64,000 bases of DNA from the human T2T-CHM13v2.0 reference genome, Homo sapiens. This document shows positions 13,260-28,220 of the stretch, one piece after another (positions within the stretch are counted from its first letter, which is position 1; the number at the start of each line of letters is the position of its first letter). The stretch lies in the NCBI RefSeq assembly GCF_009914755.1, contig NC_060929.1; one strand, 5' to 3'. Under the pieces are notes generated by a model. The model was not told the DNA's origin. It did not search any database and worked only from the letters and a program-made list of their open reading frames with translations. The translations under genes were made by a program, and so were the position numbers.

Positions 13260-15158
13260 GGCTAAAGGAACTTCAGTGACAGTGCTGGGTTGTCATGTGA
13301 CGTTTGTACGATGCCAACAGCAGAGATGGTAGAAGGGTGAACGGGCGTGAGCCATCCTCTCCGGCACGGCTAGTCTTCCCTGACACCGTAACGCTAGTGA
13401 GGAATCGCTAGGATGACTAAAGACTTCAAATCTACATGAAGGAAACTTTAAAATGCGACTGAGAGGGCCAGAAATAAGTGACCAAATCTAAGGGTATAGA
13501 ATACCTGGACAGAAAGACTTTCTTCAGAAAGATCAAGTTACAGCTGACTCATTCTGTGGATTTAAGGTCCCAATAAATGGTCCAAAAGAATATTTTTAAA
13601 CTATACCAACTCTTTTTGATGTTTAAATAGGCAAAACAAAGGAGTTTCTGGCTAAACAGATCATAGGCAGGGTGCCCCGGAAGAGAAGCAGCTGTGGGGG
13701 TCCGCCTTGTCACATTCAGGCCCGTTACGGAAACAAGTGCCTCCTTGGTTCAGGCTGCAGAGGGGAATGAATGTCTAGAGGAAGACCCCAAAACACCAAG
13801 ACTTTGGGATATGACCAAGGCATCATTTCAAGTTAGTTGAGAAGACATGGTGGGAGACAGGGTTTGTTCTGTTTGTATAAAACAAAGAGAAATCGTGTGT
13901 ACTCCTGACAGCTCTGGAAGGGCCCGTGGCGACCCCAGGGCCGACTGTTCTGGGAGGGAGCTGTGTGGCCAGGAGACCCATTCATGTCTCCTTTCTATTA
14001 CATGCGTGCGTTGTTACACGTTAAAAAACGAACAAACAAAAAACCCAAAACAACAACAACAACAACAACAAACAAGTGCAACGTGACTTTTTAAAGCTGG
14101 GCCTGAGAGCCCCAGGGAGAGCCGGGCCTGGGTGCCCAGCAGGACCCTGAGCTGCAGAGCCGGCCAGCGGCTGGGGGGCCGTTCTCCCTCCCGGACCCTG
14201 TGCATCCTCCAGAGCAGGAGCCTCCCTAGTTTCTCCTGCAGCTTCTAATCCTGGCGCCTGGCATGGAAATCGTCCAGCGACAGGCGGGGCCCCTGCTGCT
14301 GCTGGTGAGATGGTGTTTACGATGCTATTGAAACGCCCAGATCCTGGCCAGGATCTGAGAGGCCAGAGGCCCCTCCCCACCTCCCGGGGTCTACCCAGGT
14401 GGGAAGGGAGCAGAGGGGGCTGGCGTGGAGCCACATGCAGCCCGGCGGTGTTTGACCCTGAGTGCTGAGATCCTTCATGAGTCCGGGCTCCACTTTCATC
14501 AGAGGGCACCGTCCTCCAAGAGAGCTCCCCCACGCGGGGCTTTATGGAGGGTCTATAAAGGTGACCCCTGTTCCTCGTCAAGGACTTCTTTTTCTTTCTT
14601 TTGTTTTGCTCCTAGTATATTCCTGGTGTGTGCATCTGTCACCACAGTGCATTTTAGAACATTTCATGCCCCCCACCCCCTGCCTCAGCATTCACCTCCT
14701 CCCACCTCCCCAGCCCCCAGCCAATTTGAACTCATTGCTGATGGGTGTGTACTTAGGAGTAGATTTTGTACAATCTATTGATGACTTCCATTCCTCCAAG
14801 ATGCATTTATTCTCCTCAGCCACGTAAAAAAAATTTCCCCTTCCCATAATGTTGTTTCACCTAAAAGGAGTAAGATACTAATTCAGCCTTAAGTGGCCTT
14901 TATTTATCCCTTCAAGATGAGCAGTTATTCCGATTAGACTGGAAAATAGTAACCAGAAATATTAGGCCAACTGCATTCTAAATAGTGTATTTTTGGTCTT
15001 AGGAACAGGTAGGGTATCCCCTTAAGAGGCCTGGCTTTTGCCTAATAACATTGAAAAAAGGAGACCCTGGGGTCTGCGTGGTGATCAGACTGACAGCCAA
15101 CTTCTCACCCACAGCAACAGAGGTCAGGAAGCAATGCAACAGCAGCCTCCACGTGTGA

Positions 15159-15299
15159 AGGGCAGGTGACACCAACACCGGACTGTCAGTGCAGAGGGCA
15201 GGTGACGCCAACACCGGACGGTCAGTGCGGAGGGCAGGTGACGCCAACACCGGACGGTCAGTGCGGAGGGCAGGTGACGCCAACACCGGACTGTCAGTG
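15159..15299. repeat. Minisatellite, 36-bp unit, ~4 copies, inside an old L1 ORF1 remnant
   Basis: AGGGCAGGTGACGCCAACACCGGACGGTCAGTGCGG repeated; flank gatcagactgacagccaacttctca resembles the L1 ORF1 3' region. Confidence 0.9.
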
Positions 15300-16346
15300 A
15301 AAGCGTCATTCCAGCGTGCAGTAAAATAAAGGCACTTGGGACACATACAGACCAAAAAGGAGACACAAAACTCACAGACCATCCCTGAAATAAGTACGAG
15401 ACATGCCCTTCACCAAGGAAAGAGACCCCAGGAGGAAGGCATGGAACAAAAGGAGCAAAGACATGCAGAGAAAACCCAGCAAGGCGATCAGCAAACATAA
15501 ACAGCCATTGGTTATTTTATGAAGAACACTTGGGCCACAGGAAAACAGCATGGGGAGTTTTCCCCTAGAAACAGCAAGATGGCTTGTATCAGAACAACCC
15601 TCCTGTGAACAATAATTATAAGCTCTGGAAAAACTATAAAACACTACTGGAAGTGAATGGAGAGCAAACAGAGATGGCAGAGACTCAGTGTGGTAGCCTT
15701 TGAAAGCAGGAACTGCAATGGGTGAGCTTCACGCACAGCTCACACCTGAGGGTGTGCCCTGGTCACCTAGCTGGGGGTGTTGTCAGCAGAGCACTGCAGT
15801 CTCTCTGGCTGGACACATAGGAGGCCAGAGAAGGAAGGTTAGAACCCCAAAAGGAGGGAGGGTGGAACCCCAAAAGGAGGGAGCCACAGATGACAGGGCC
15901 CTCAGCATTGTGTGTAAATTGCATCTCAATCCTGTCCTGGACTGAGCACCCTGGGGGAGATGTTGAGGGTCCCTGCAGAGAGGCAGCAGCTACTGCCACA
16001 AGGGAAGGTGGGACGTGGTCACAGTGCACAGGCACGTGGCCTGCAAGGGCGAGAGTGACATCTTCCAGCACAGAAAATGTAAGCCAGAGTCTCTGTGTCG
16101 TATTGACAACAACAGTCATATACTGTGGCTGACAAAAAAGCATCCAAACATGAAAAGAAACAGGAAAATGTGACCTACATCTGAAAGAAACAGCAGTCAA
16201 CAGAAGTGTGCCTCAAGATAATGAAAGATGATAAAATTAGAAGACAGACTCTTTAATATGTTCAGGGAATTAAAGGAAAATATAGTCACAATGAATGAAC
16301 AGAGAATCTCAATAGAGAGATGGCAGTCATCTTTTAAAAGAACCCA

Positions 16347-16735
16347 TGAGAGGAAAATAAAATCTCAGGACCTGAAGCTCATGGTGCTCAAGGGAAAGTA
16401 AAGCTTGGGAGTGGATTCTCATGGAAACCACTGTCCTTTAGTTCCCAGAGAGACAGCGGTGATTTCCTGTGCTCTCTTTATCTCACATAAAACTCAGACT
16501 CACTGGGCACTGATCAGAGTCTCACAGAACACAGCCATGTGCCTCACTACCCACCCCCCTCTTTTTTTCTTTCTGTCCTGTCTGCTCTTTCCCTTTCAAT
16601 ACTGAAATTCCCCAAACTCTCTTCATAAACATCGCAGGACACAGACCCCAGAGGGACTCGTGTTTCTTTTTCCTGGGCATGTCCTCAACCTTGCTAAATA
16701 AACCTCTAGTTGATTGGGACCTGTCTCAGGCAGGT
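16347..16735 (+). mobile_element. Solo ERV1 LTR, MER4-group
   Basis: Starts tgagaggaaaataaaatctcaggacc...aagggaaagtaaagcttggga like MER4-group LTRs; AATAAA near 16698; interrupts L1-derived sequence. Confidence 0.6.
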
Positions 16736-16739
16736 TTCC

Positions 16740-19350
16740 CAAACCAAAAGGAAATTCTGGAACTGGAAAGCACCACAGACCATACAATGGGTCATAAGAT
16801 AAATCTCAAATGTTTCCAATAATTGAAATCACAGAGATGACATTCTCTGATCACAATGGAGTTAAAAGAGAAATCAATAATAATCATACATCTGGGGAAA
16901 AACACAAATATTTGCAAATTAAAGAAAACATCTAAATAACCTATGGGTCAAAAGAACCACAGGAGAAATTTGAAAATATTTCAAACAAATGATAGTGAGC
17001 ACAAAACATATAAAAATCTGTAAGATTGTGTCTGGAGTTGGTTCCTTCCAGTGGGGTCTTTGTCTCACTGACTTCAAGAATGAAGCTGCGGACCTTTGCG
17101 GTGAGTGTTACCGCTCTTAAAGATGGTTTGTTCAGAATTTGTTCCTTCAGATGTGTCTGGAGTTTCTTCCTTCCGGTGGCTTCATGGTCTCGCTGACTTC
17201 AATAATGAAGCTGCGGACCTCTGCAGTGAGTGTTACAGCTCTTAAAGGTGGTGCGGACCCAATGAGTGAGCAGCACCAAGACTTATTGTGAAGAGTGAAA
17301 GAACAAAGCTTCCACAGTGTGGAAGGGGACCCGAATGAGTTGTTGCTGCTGGCTGGGGTGGCCAGCTTTTATTCCCTTGTTTGTCCCTGCCCACATCCTG
17401 CTAATTGGTCCATGTTATAGAGCGCTGATTGGTCCATTTTACAGAGCGCTGATTGGTCCATTTTACAGAGTGTTGATTGGTGCATTTACAATCCTTTAGC
17501 TAGACCCACAGTGCTGATTGGTGCATTTTTACAGAGTGCTGATTGGTGCATTTACAGTCCTTTAGCTAGACACAAGGCTGACAGGTGTGTTTTTACAGAG
17601 TGCTGATTGGTGCATTTACAACCCTTTAGCTAGATACAGAGTGCTGATTGGTGCATTTTTATAGAGTGCTGATTGGTGCACTTACAGTCCTTTAGCTAGA
17701 CACAGAGCACTGATTTGGTGTTTGTTTACAATCCTCTAGCTAGACAGAAAAGTTCTCCAAGTCCCTACTCGACCCAGGAAGTCCAGCTGCTTCTCCTCTC
17801 AAGATGAGCTAAAAATAAGTTTAGAGGGGAGATAATAGCTGTAAGTGCTCACATTAGAAAAAAGATTTTCAAAGAAACGATCTAAGATTCCACTTTAAGA
17901 AGTTTTAAAAAGGTGAGCAAATTAAATCCAAAATAAGAGGGGACTAGAAGGAAAAAAATTATAAAGATGAGATACTAATGAATTATAAAACAAATAGAGA
18001 AGTCAATAAAGACAAAAGTTGTTTTTTGAAAAGGTTAATAAAACTGATAAAACTCTGACAAGACTGATCAAAGGAAAACTGCAATAATCAATTATCAATG
18101 CCAGGAGAAAAGAGATGACATCATTACAGACCCTACAGATGTTAACAGGAAATATCATAACATAACAAATGATTTTCTGCTGATAAATTTGAGAGCTTAT
18201 GTAATAAATTTTTCTGAAAATAAAACTTACCAAAATTGACACAAAGTGGAATAGAAAACTTGAATATTCCCATATCTATTCAATAAATGAACTTGTTATT
18301 GAAAACTTTTCCAGAAAGACAACTCCAGAGCTAGATGATTTCAATGATGAATTTTATCAAATAGTCGATGAAACAACATAATGCAAATATTTAATAAAAC
18401 ATTTCAAAACTTGGGAGAAGGAAACAGAAGAGAACCATTCCTAGCTTTTTTATGAGGCCAGCTTAACTCTGATGTCAAAACCTGGCAAAGACATTATAAG
18501 ATATGAAAATTACAGATCAGCATCCCTCATAAAGATAGATCCAAAAAACTGTAAACAAATTACTAGCAAACTGAACCCACAAACTTATAAAAAAAGATAA
18601 TACATCATGACAAAGTAGGGTTTTTCCAGGAATGCAAGATGAGTTTGGTGTCTGAAAACCAAACCAATGTAACTCACCATATTGATGGAATAAAGGAGTA
18701 ACCATATGAAACATCAATAGGAGCAGAAAGAGCTTCTAACGAAATTCAAAATCCATGTAAGATAGAAGCTCTTGGAAATCTAAGGCATCATGTAAAACCT
18801 ACACCCACATCATACACAATGGTAAGATGCCAGGCACTTCTCCCCTAAGACCAGGGAGAAGGCAAGGAAGTGTACTCCATCTCCACAACACCTCTTACCC
18901 CAGGTTGTAGCCGGACAACAAAGGAAGGGAGAAAAAAGAAGAAAGATTGGTGGGGAGAAAGTAAAATTATCTCTAATCACAGATGATGCAATTATTTACA
19001 AGGAAAATTTTAAGGAGTCTTCAGAACTACTGGAACGAATGTGAGATTCACAGGGTCTCAGAACATAAGATCAGTAAACAAAAATCAGTTCTGTATCTAT
19101 ATACTAGCAGCAAATAATCTGAAAATAAAAATTTAAATTATTCAGTTTATAATACCATCAAAACCATAAAATACTTATGACTGAATTTAGCAAACGACAT
19201 TATCTATAAAATGTCGCTGAAAGAAATTAAAGAGCTGAATAAATGGAGAGACAGCCTTCACGGATAAAAACATTCATTACGGTTATGATGTCAAGTTCTG
19301 CCCAGATTCAATTACATTTTCCACGCAATCCCAAATCCGATCCCAGCAGG
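16740..19350 (+). mobile_element. Degenerate L1 (L1M-type) ORF2 region, split by LTR12
   Basis: A-rich L1 ORF2 motifs (ttctctgatcacaatggagttaaa, gttgttttttgaaaaggttaataaaa, ttatgaggccagc, gagctgaataaatggagagac); no intact ORF. Confidence 0.85.
17027..17801 (-). mobile_element. Solo LTR12-family (ERV9) LTR
   Basis: TG...CA termini, 4-bp TSD AGAT (17023-17026 and 17802-17805), ctgacttcaagaatgaagctgcggacc repeats and tandem gtgctgattggt (CCAAT) array. Confidence 0.93.
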
Positions 19351-21347
19351 TCTGAGATGAAGCTGGGGTGAGGGTGAGCAGAGAAGGGCTGAGTCCAGGA
19401 TGGGGAGTGTCAGGGGACCTTGATTTTTAAAAACCAGTCCTTTGAGAAGAACAGCTCATGGTGCCAGGCAGCGTTGTAGCTCATCACGGCTCAGCCTGGC
19501 ACATCAGGACTGTGGCCACCACCCTCACATAAGGACGCCGAGGCACCGAGAGGTCATGTGACCTGGCCAGAGCCGCACAGCCAGATGGAGGCTGAGCTAT
19601 GCGGGGATGCCACAGTGTGCTGACTCCACACACACAAACGCCACCACTTACATTTTTATTTCCCCGTCACTGTCTTGTTTCTCAAAGGACTTGAGGCTCA
19701 TAGCAGCACAGGTTCCTTAAGGAGGCTCATAGCAGTATAGGTAGGCAGCTGTGTTGAGCTCTCAGGGTGGAGAAAGCCTGGCTGATCTCCACCTGTGGCC
19801 TCTCTGTAAAGATCCAGGGTCCTCGGGGTGGCTGTGGCAGCATCTGAGACAGCCCTGGTGTGGGCTGCCTCAGATGCTGGCCTTGGCTCGGGGGTGATCC
19901 TGGCCTTGGCTCGGGGTGTGGTTCTGGGTGCTCCCTCCACAGCCCTCTTCTTGATGTGGCTTCAACCTGCCCCGTCCGGGTTTGGCCCCAGCTTCCCGTG
20001 AGCTCCAGGGTAATCCCTGTGCCGGCTATGATAGGGACATCTGACCTAGTGGCCTCCAAGTCCTCCCCTGCCCCAGGACTCCTCACTCAGTTCCGGGGAG
20101 CGCCGTGCGCCCTGTGCCTCCAGGCTGAGCAGAGTCGTTTGCTTGTAGGTGGCCTCGACCCTGTCTGGAGCTCCCTAACAGCAGCGGGGCCACAGCCCGG
20201 TTGTTCCCTCACACCCAAGGCAGAGCTGGGTACACAGCAGGTGCTCAAAGGTGGCTTCACTTTGCAAATAAGAATCTTCAGCAAAGCCCCAGGATCCCAG
20301 CAGGGGCCCGCCAGGGGTCCACCACATGAGAGCCCAGGTGTTAACTCAGTGTGTGAGCATCCTTTTAACATAATCCTTAAGTTGGTGGCAGAATTTCCTT
20401 CCCCAATAAGCTCTGCCGTGTTTTGAATTTCATCCTGCCTCCCAGTGTGTGTTTTAAAGATCTCTTTACATTTGCTCTGCCCGGGTAGGGTATTCATGTG
20501 ATGCCAAGCCCAAGGCGTTTCCTTCTTTGCTCTTAATTCTTAAATTCTGCTGGTATTTAATATTTTCAACTTCCAAACCTTCACACGGGTATCTTTACTA
20601 ATGTAGATCAGATTCATTTGTGTTCCTGGTTGCTACAGAATTAGAAAAACAGGAAGAGAATGAACAAAGTAACGCATCTCCGTGGCAGGTTCGGCAACCC
20701 TCAGTGTTCAAGTTTCAGCTGTGCACGGCAGGGCCTGTCTGTGGGATGTAGACATGAGCCGCCCAAGTCACAGCAGAAGGCGAGAGGATTCCGGACCTTT
20801 GCGGCCACAGCGAGGACATGGGTGGGAGGGGAAGCATGGGATTTGAGGAGGGTGAACACACACACACCATTAGTAGTTGTAAGTTTTCAGCACGTTTACA
20901 TCCAAAGTCACTTTGTAAATTAGTAACTTTGTTATTGGAGGTAAATTTTCAAGCTGCTGGTTGGACCTGGCGTTTTGTTGTTGAAGCTCTAGATGGAGGC
21001 ACAAGCAGCCGGAACTCAGGGACGAAACCCTCTGCCATTTTCAGTTGGTGAGGAAAACGAGCCACAGACAAAGGGAAATGCTGCTTGGTGCAAAAGGAAA
21101 ACAAAATGAATACAGAGATGCGCGCATACCTGTTTCTGAAAGGAGGAATGAACAGCAAAACCTTGGCAGGGCCAACCTGGCCAGAGGCTGGGCAGGTGCT
21201 GCCGGTTTCTCTTCATGCCTCTCCAGGTTGAATCTCCTGGTCTCACCCACCTACCCTTGATTACTTTCTAAAGATATAAGCAGAAGTTTTATAAAGAGTG
21301 AGGTGCTGGTCTACTTTCTTTTCTCTTTGTACTTCTCTGAGTAAAGG

Positions 21348-21595
21348 ACACTGAGTCAGCATCCCCACAAATGCTGAATGTATGTATATTGAGCCAGCAT
21401 CCCCACAAAGGCTGAATGCACACTGAGCCAGCATCCCCACAAAGGCTGAATGCACACTGAGCCAGCATCCCCACAAAGGTTGAATGCATGCCAAGCCAGT
21501 ATCCCCACAAACACTCAATGCACACCAAGCCAGCATCCCCATACACACTGAATCCATGTCGAGCCAGCACCGCCACAAACGCTGAATGCAACACA
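21348..21595. repeat. Minisatellite, 34-bp unit, ~7 degenerate copies
   Basis: CACTGAGCCAGCATCCCCACAAAGGCTGAATGCA repeated. Confidence 0.9.
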
Positions 21596-21937
21596 CACCT
21601 CGGCTGGATGTTTGAAGCAGCCAGGAGTCTGCATTTCTGAGACGATGGGAAAAAGTGGATGTGGCCTGGGGATTGGCTGATGCGAGGGAATTGTGCTTGT
21701 TTGGGGCCTACTGTATTGGGCTCCATAGGAAACAGGCCTTATTCCTTAGAGACATCTGCTCTGCTGAGTTCCCCAGGGGTCTAATGGCGTGATGTCTATA
21801 AGCCAACGCGAGTCCCTCCACCAAGATAATAGGTGAAGTAAACACGGCCAAATGTGAGTGTGTTAGAAGGTGGTGAGGGGCGGCTGACTCTCTCTGCCTC
21901 CGTGTACGTTAGGAGTGTTCCATAATTAAAACTTTCT

Positions 21938-22962
<1,025 letters not shown>

Positions 22963-23832
22963 CTACCTTCTGCACTTCCCCACCATCTGCAAGGCTGCAC
23001 GTTGACCGCAGAGAGCCAGGGCTGGCCACCACCACATCTCATCCCCTGCCGTTCCTGCTGACTTTCCTTCACCCGCACTCCCTTTTTAATTGTGCGGTTC
23101 TGTGTTTATTTTGCCTCTTCAAATGCTTTTGACAGTGACACAAAAGTATGTGTTTCCTATGTCAGCTTTACCCAAGAAGCACCTGTGACTGGGGATCGCT
23201 CTGCCATCGGCACAGGTGTCTCTGGCCGCGGGCAGCCCGCCTGTTTGGGGTCGGCAAAGGCTCCAGGTGTTGAAGTGGTAAAATCTCGAAGCTGCCTGGC
23301 CCATCTCTTACCCCTGCTCTCCTGTGCCGCTTCGTCCTCAGGCCGCCCCACCCAGCAGTCTTGCTATAAAGATTTTCCGAGGGGTCCAGCAAGACTGTGG
23401 CTCTCACTCAACCACTTCGCGTTGCCCACTCCTGGTGCCCTTGGACACCTGTGGACGGAGAGTGGGAGAGGCAGTCCTGAGGGAAATTTGAGGTGCTGAC
23501 ACCAGGAAAAGGAAAATGGATGCTGGACTGGCGGACACAGCATGCGTGTCGTGATGGTGAGGGGTGAAGAGGAGTCGCTCCAGTGTGAGGCACATCATCC
23601 GAGAACTCCCACGAGTGAGGGCAGGGCTGCGGGGGGCTGGGGCAGTGTGTGCGAGGTAGAACAAGCAGGGAATGTGTCAGGAGCTTTCCCTGCAGGCAGG
23701 TAGTAGAAGCTGATGAAGGCTTGCAAACAGAAGATAGGGGTCAAATGTACATTCTGGGGAGGTCACTCTGGCTGCCAGAAGTTTATAACATCAGCAAGTG
23801 TGCAAGGCTTGGCTCCTAGTAAACCTTTAATA

Positions 23833-25560
23833 GATGGATGAACAGAGAGGTGAATGGGTGGGTGAGTGGGATGGTGATGAATGGGTGGATAATGAATGCA
23901 TGGATTGCATGGATGATGGATGGATGAATGAATGAATGAATAAATGGGTGGGTGGGTAGATGAATGGATGGGTTGATAAATGGATGAATGGGTGGGTGGA
24001 TGGATGGTTGGATAAATGGGTGGATAAATGGGTGAGCGAGTAGATGGGTGGGTGGGTTGGTGGCTGGATGGGTGGTTGAGTGGCTGGGTGGATGGAAGAA
24101 TGGGTGGGTGGATGGATGGGTGGGTAGATGGCTGGGTAGCTGGATGGATGGGTGAGTGGATGGGTGGGCGGGTGGATGGATGGGTGGGTGAGTGGGTGGG
24201 TGGATGGATGGGTGGCTGGGTGGGTGGTTGGCTGGGTGGGTGAGTGGATGGGTGGACGGATGGGTGGGTGGGTGGATGGATGGGTGGCTGGATGGGTGAG
24301 TAGTTGGTTGAGTGGGTAAGTGGGTGGGTGGATGGGTGGCTGGCTGGATGGATAGATAAATGGGTGGGTGAGTGGATGGATGGGTGGATGGATGATGAAT
24401 GAGCGGCTGGCTGGGTGGGTGGGTGGGTGAGTGGATGGCTGGCTTGGTAGGTGGATGGATGGGTGGCTGGATAGGTGTGTGGGTGGATGAATGGGTGGGT
24501 GGATGGGTGGGTGGCCAGATGGATGGGTGGCTGGCTGAGTGGGTGGGTGGATGGATGAGTTGCTAGATGGGTGAGTCGCTGGCTGGCTAGGAGGGTGGGT
24601 TGGTAGATAAATGGGCAGCTGGAAGGTTGAATGGGTGGATGGATGGATGGGTGAGTGGATGAATAGATGGCTGGATGGGTGAGTGGCTGGCTGGTTGGGT
24701 GGGTGGCTGGATGGGTGGGTGGATGAGTGGATGGGTGGGTGAATGGGTGGCTGGATGGGTGGGTGGATGGCTGGATGGGTGAGTGGCTGGCTGGTTGGGT
24801 GGGTGGCTGGATGGGTGGGTGGATGAGTGGATGGGTGGGTGAATGGGTGGCTGGATGGGTGGGTGGCTGGATGGGTGAGTGGCTGGATGGGTGAGTGGCT
24901 GGATGGGTGGGTGAGTGGATGGATGGATAAATGGGTGGGTGGATGGATGGGTGGGTGGATGGATGGATAGATAAGTGGGTGACTGGATGTGTGGGTGGAT
25001 GGATGGGTGGAAGGGTGGATGGGTGGGTCGCTGGATGGGTGGCTGAGTAGATGGATGGATGGATGGATAAGTGGGTGGCTGGGTGGGTGGGCAGGTGGAT
25101 GGATGGATAGGTGGATGGATGGGTCGCTGGATGGGTGGGTGGGTGGCTGGCTGGCTGGATGGATGGATAAGTGGATAGATGGATGGGTGGGTGGTTGGGT
25201 GGCTGGATGTGTGGGTGGGTGGATGGATGGATAGATGGGTGGATGGATGGATGGGTGGGTGGATGGATGGGTTGCTGGATGGGTGGGTGGATGGATGGAT
25301 AAGTGGGTGGATGGATGGGTGGCTGGATGGGTGGGTGAGTGGATGGATGGATGGATGGGTGGCTGGATGGATGGGTGGCTAGAAGGGTGGGTGGATGGAT
25401 GGGTGGCTAGAAGGGTGAGTGGATGAATGGATGGCTAGAAGGGTGAGTGGATGGATGGGTGGCTAGAAGGGTGAGTGTGTGGCTGGATAGGTCAGGGAGT
25501 GGGTGGGTGGATAGATGAGGGAATGAACAGGTTGAATGGATGGATTCAGGGATGGATGAG
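23833..25560. repeat. Complex (GGAT/GGGT/GGCT)n simple repeat, ~1.7 kb
   Basis: Continuous TGGA/TGGG/TGGC tetramers with an internal ~100-bp block duplication (24669-24768 and 24769-24866). Confidence 0.97.
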
Positions 25561-25589
25561 AAGGCAGTGAGGCATGAGGACAGCATAGA

Positions 25590-25780
25590 CTTTGACAACA
25601 TGCTGATTTGACCCTGGCTCTGTCACTCACTCACTGTCCCATCTGAGACAGCTCTGCAGCTCTTGGGTCTCCATCTCCTCATCTGGAAAATGGAGATAAT
25701 ATTTCTGCCCTGGCAGGACTTGATGTAGAGGTAATGGGGTTATGCAGAGCCTGGCACCCAGCAGGTGACTGAACATGGGG
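25590..25780 (+). mobile_element. MIR SINE fragment
   Basis: Core-like ctcctcatctggaaaatggagataata and tail gagcctggcacccagcagg. Confidence 0.65.
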
Positions 25781-26040
25781 ACCATGGCACTCCGAGAGTG
25801 CTCTGCTCCAAACGCAGCACTGGGGGGTGGGGCACGGGGGGGAGGTCAGGGTGTGCCCCCGCTCCTCCCAACAGCTTCAAAGACAGGACCCTCAATCACA
25901 CAGAACCCTAGGGAAAGAGCCTTGGCCGAGGTACCCTCCATCCAGAGGTGCTGAGGCTGCGCCCCTGAAGATACACATACGATACACATACTGGAAGTCA
26001 ATGTTAGATATGGTTTAAATCTCATCCTGAAAGAACTCCA

Positions 26041-26186
26041 GCCAGGCACGGCGGCTCATGCCTGTTATCCTAGCATTTTGGGAGGCTGAGGTGGGTGGAT
26101 TGCTTGAGCCCAGGACGTTGAGGCTGCAGTAAGCCAGGACTGCACCACTGCCCTCCAGCCTGGGTGACAGAGTGAGACCCTGTCTC
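26041..26186 (+). mobile_element. Monomeric Alu (FRAM/FAM-like)
   Basis: Alu 5' end running straight into a right-arm 3' end (gaggctgcagt...cctgggtgacagagtgagaccctgtctc). Confidence 0.8.
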
Positions 26187-26384
26187 AGGGAGAAAGAAGA
26201 AAATAAAGAAAGAAAGAAAGAGAGGGTAGGAAGGGAAGAAGGAAGGAAGGGAGGGAGGGAGGAAGGGAGGGAAGGGGAAAGGAAGGAAGAGAGAAAGAGA
26301 AGGAAAGAAGAAAAAGATGAAAGAAAGACAGACAAAAGAGAAAGAATGAAAGAAAGAAAGAAAGAAAGAGAAGCAAGCAAGCAA
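26187..26384 (+). repeat. Polypurine (GAAA/GGAA/GGGA)n tract derived from the Alu tail
   Basis: ~200 bp almost exclusively A/G on the + strand. Confidence 0.92.
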
Positions 26385-27891
26385 GCTCCATGCAGTATCA
26401 TTAGGAAAACAAACGGTGAAGCATAGTTTGTTGAATGAAACCTTTTGTTTAAGATGGGAGGAGGGTGATGAAGTTGCGCAGGCATTTACTTGCATTTGCA
26501 AAAGTAATTCTGGGAGCCCGAACATGAAAGCAACAGGCACAGAGTCCGGAGGGCGTGAGAGCTGGCAGGGGACGAGGTGGCAGTGGGAGTTAGGCTGCTG
26601 ACTGCATAACTTTTTACTGTTTGATTATCAAGCCACACAAATGCATTGCCTTTTGTTAAAATCAAAGAAAATTAAAACAACGCATCTTCCATTTGAGGGA
26701 GCAGTTAGCAGGGGTTGAGCCCACTGAGCCACAGTCCACTGCACTTTCCGCTGAGCCCCTGGGATCAGGGCCCTTTCCTGGCTGACCTTGCACCACCCCC
26801 TGGGCTTCTGCTGCAAGGTGGCAGTGGGGGAATGGGGGGTGGAGGGCAGCGTGTGAGGGTGCGGGCAGCTCTGACTTGCTGTTTAGAATCATTTCTCCAT
26901 CAACACCTGAGCCTGGTGGCCCTCACCTTCTGCGTCCATCCTGATGTCCAGCTGTAGCAGCTCCGTGGGCGCCTGTCCCTTCTCTGCAGCTCCAGCTGGT
27001 CCAACCACCCTCTCTGTGCCCGCCCCACAAGCTGCTGAACGCTTTGGCTCTGCAGGGGCAACAGAGCCCCAGAAATGCTGAGCTGACTGTGGGCTGCACA
27101 TTTGACAGCGTCTCTTTGCCAAAGATCCTGGTCTCATTGGCCGAGTGGTGCCCAACAGGCCCCCTGGCCCTCCTGGTGGATGGCATTTGTGGTGCAGGTG
27201 CTGGCTGAACATCCTCAAGCTGGTATGGTGCCAGGCCTTCGGGGACAGAGTCCTGCCCATCCCTGAAGAGACCTGATCCCTGGGCAACCAGACCACAGGA
27301 GGTGCCCTGGACAGCCTGACTGGGTCAGAGCCCTGGAGACTGGCTGAGCACCGTGCAGAGTCTGTGGCACCTGGGGCTGCTGTATGGCCTCTGGGTGCTG
27401 CAGCTTTGTCACCCCTGAGACCCACAAGGCAATGACATCACTCCATAGGTGTTTTTAGAAAAATTAGTAGACTTTATTTTTAGAGCAGTCTTAGGGTTAT
27501 GGTGAGCAGGAAGGCAGAGGTTCCCATGTACCCCTCCCTCCCTTATTAAACCTTGCGTTTGCATGGAATGCTGGTTACACGTGATGAGCCAATATTGGTA
27601 AATTATTACTAATAGACATTGCACATTGTGCAACAATACACACTATTCTGGGCTAATGGGTGCTCTTACTTCCTGGGCCTCCCAAGGCTGCCGCTTCTCA
27701 GGGTGGGGTGGGGCCCTCTCAGTACCCACCTTCCTGGAAGAGTGCCTTGAACATGGAGACAGGAGCATTGAGCAGACTCACCCGATCAGGATGCCAGGTG
27801 CCCGGCTCCAGCTCTGGCCACAACTGCTTGTGAACTTGCTCTTCCAGATCCTTCCAGGCCACCTTGCAGTGCACAGAGCAGGCCCTGACAC

Positions 27892-28220
27892 ATGGAGTTG
27901 GTGTGTTCCATACGTGGAGGTGGCATGTTCCATGCGTGGAGGTGGTGTGTTTTATGTGTGGAGATGGCGTGTTCCATACGTGGAGATGGCATGTTCCATA
28001 TGTGGAGGTTGCATGTTCCATGCCAGGAGGTGGTGTGTTCTATATGTGGAGGTTGCATGTTCCATGCCAGGAGGTGGTGTGTTCCATATGTGGAGGATCT
28101 GTGTTCCACATGTGGAGGTGGTGTGTTCCATGCCTGGAGGTGGCATGTTCCATGCCTGGAGGTGATGTGTTCCATATGTGGAAGTTGTGTGTTCCATGCA
28201 TGGAAGTGGCGTATTCCATA
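27892..28220. repeat. Minisatellite, 22-bp unit, ~15 copies
   Basis: TGGAGGTGG(TG/CA)TGTTCCAT(ATG/GCC) repeated with alternating variants. Confidence 0.93.

Noticed and set aside
24028-25426. Trp/Gly/Met-rich ORFs
   Set aside because: Translations of the (GGAT/GGGT)n simple repeat.
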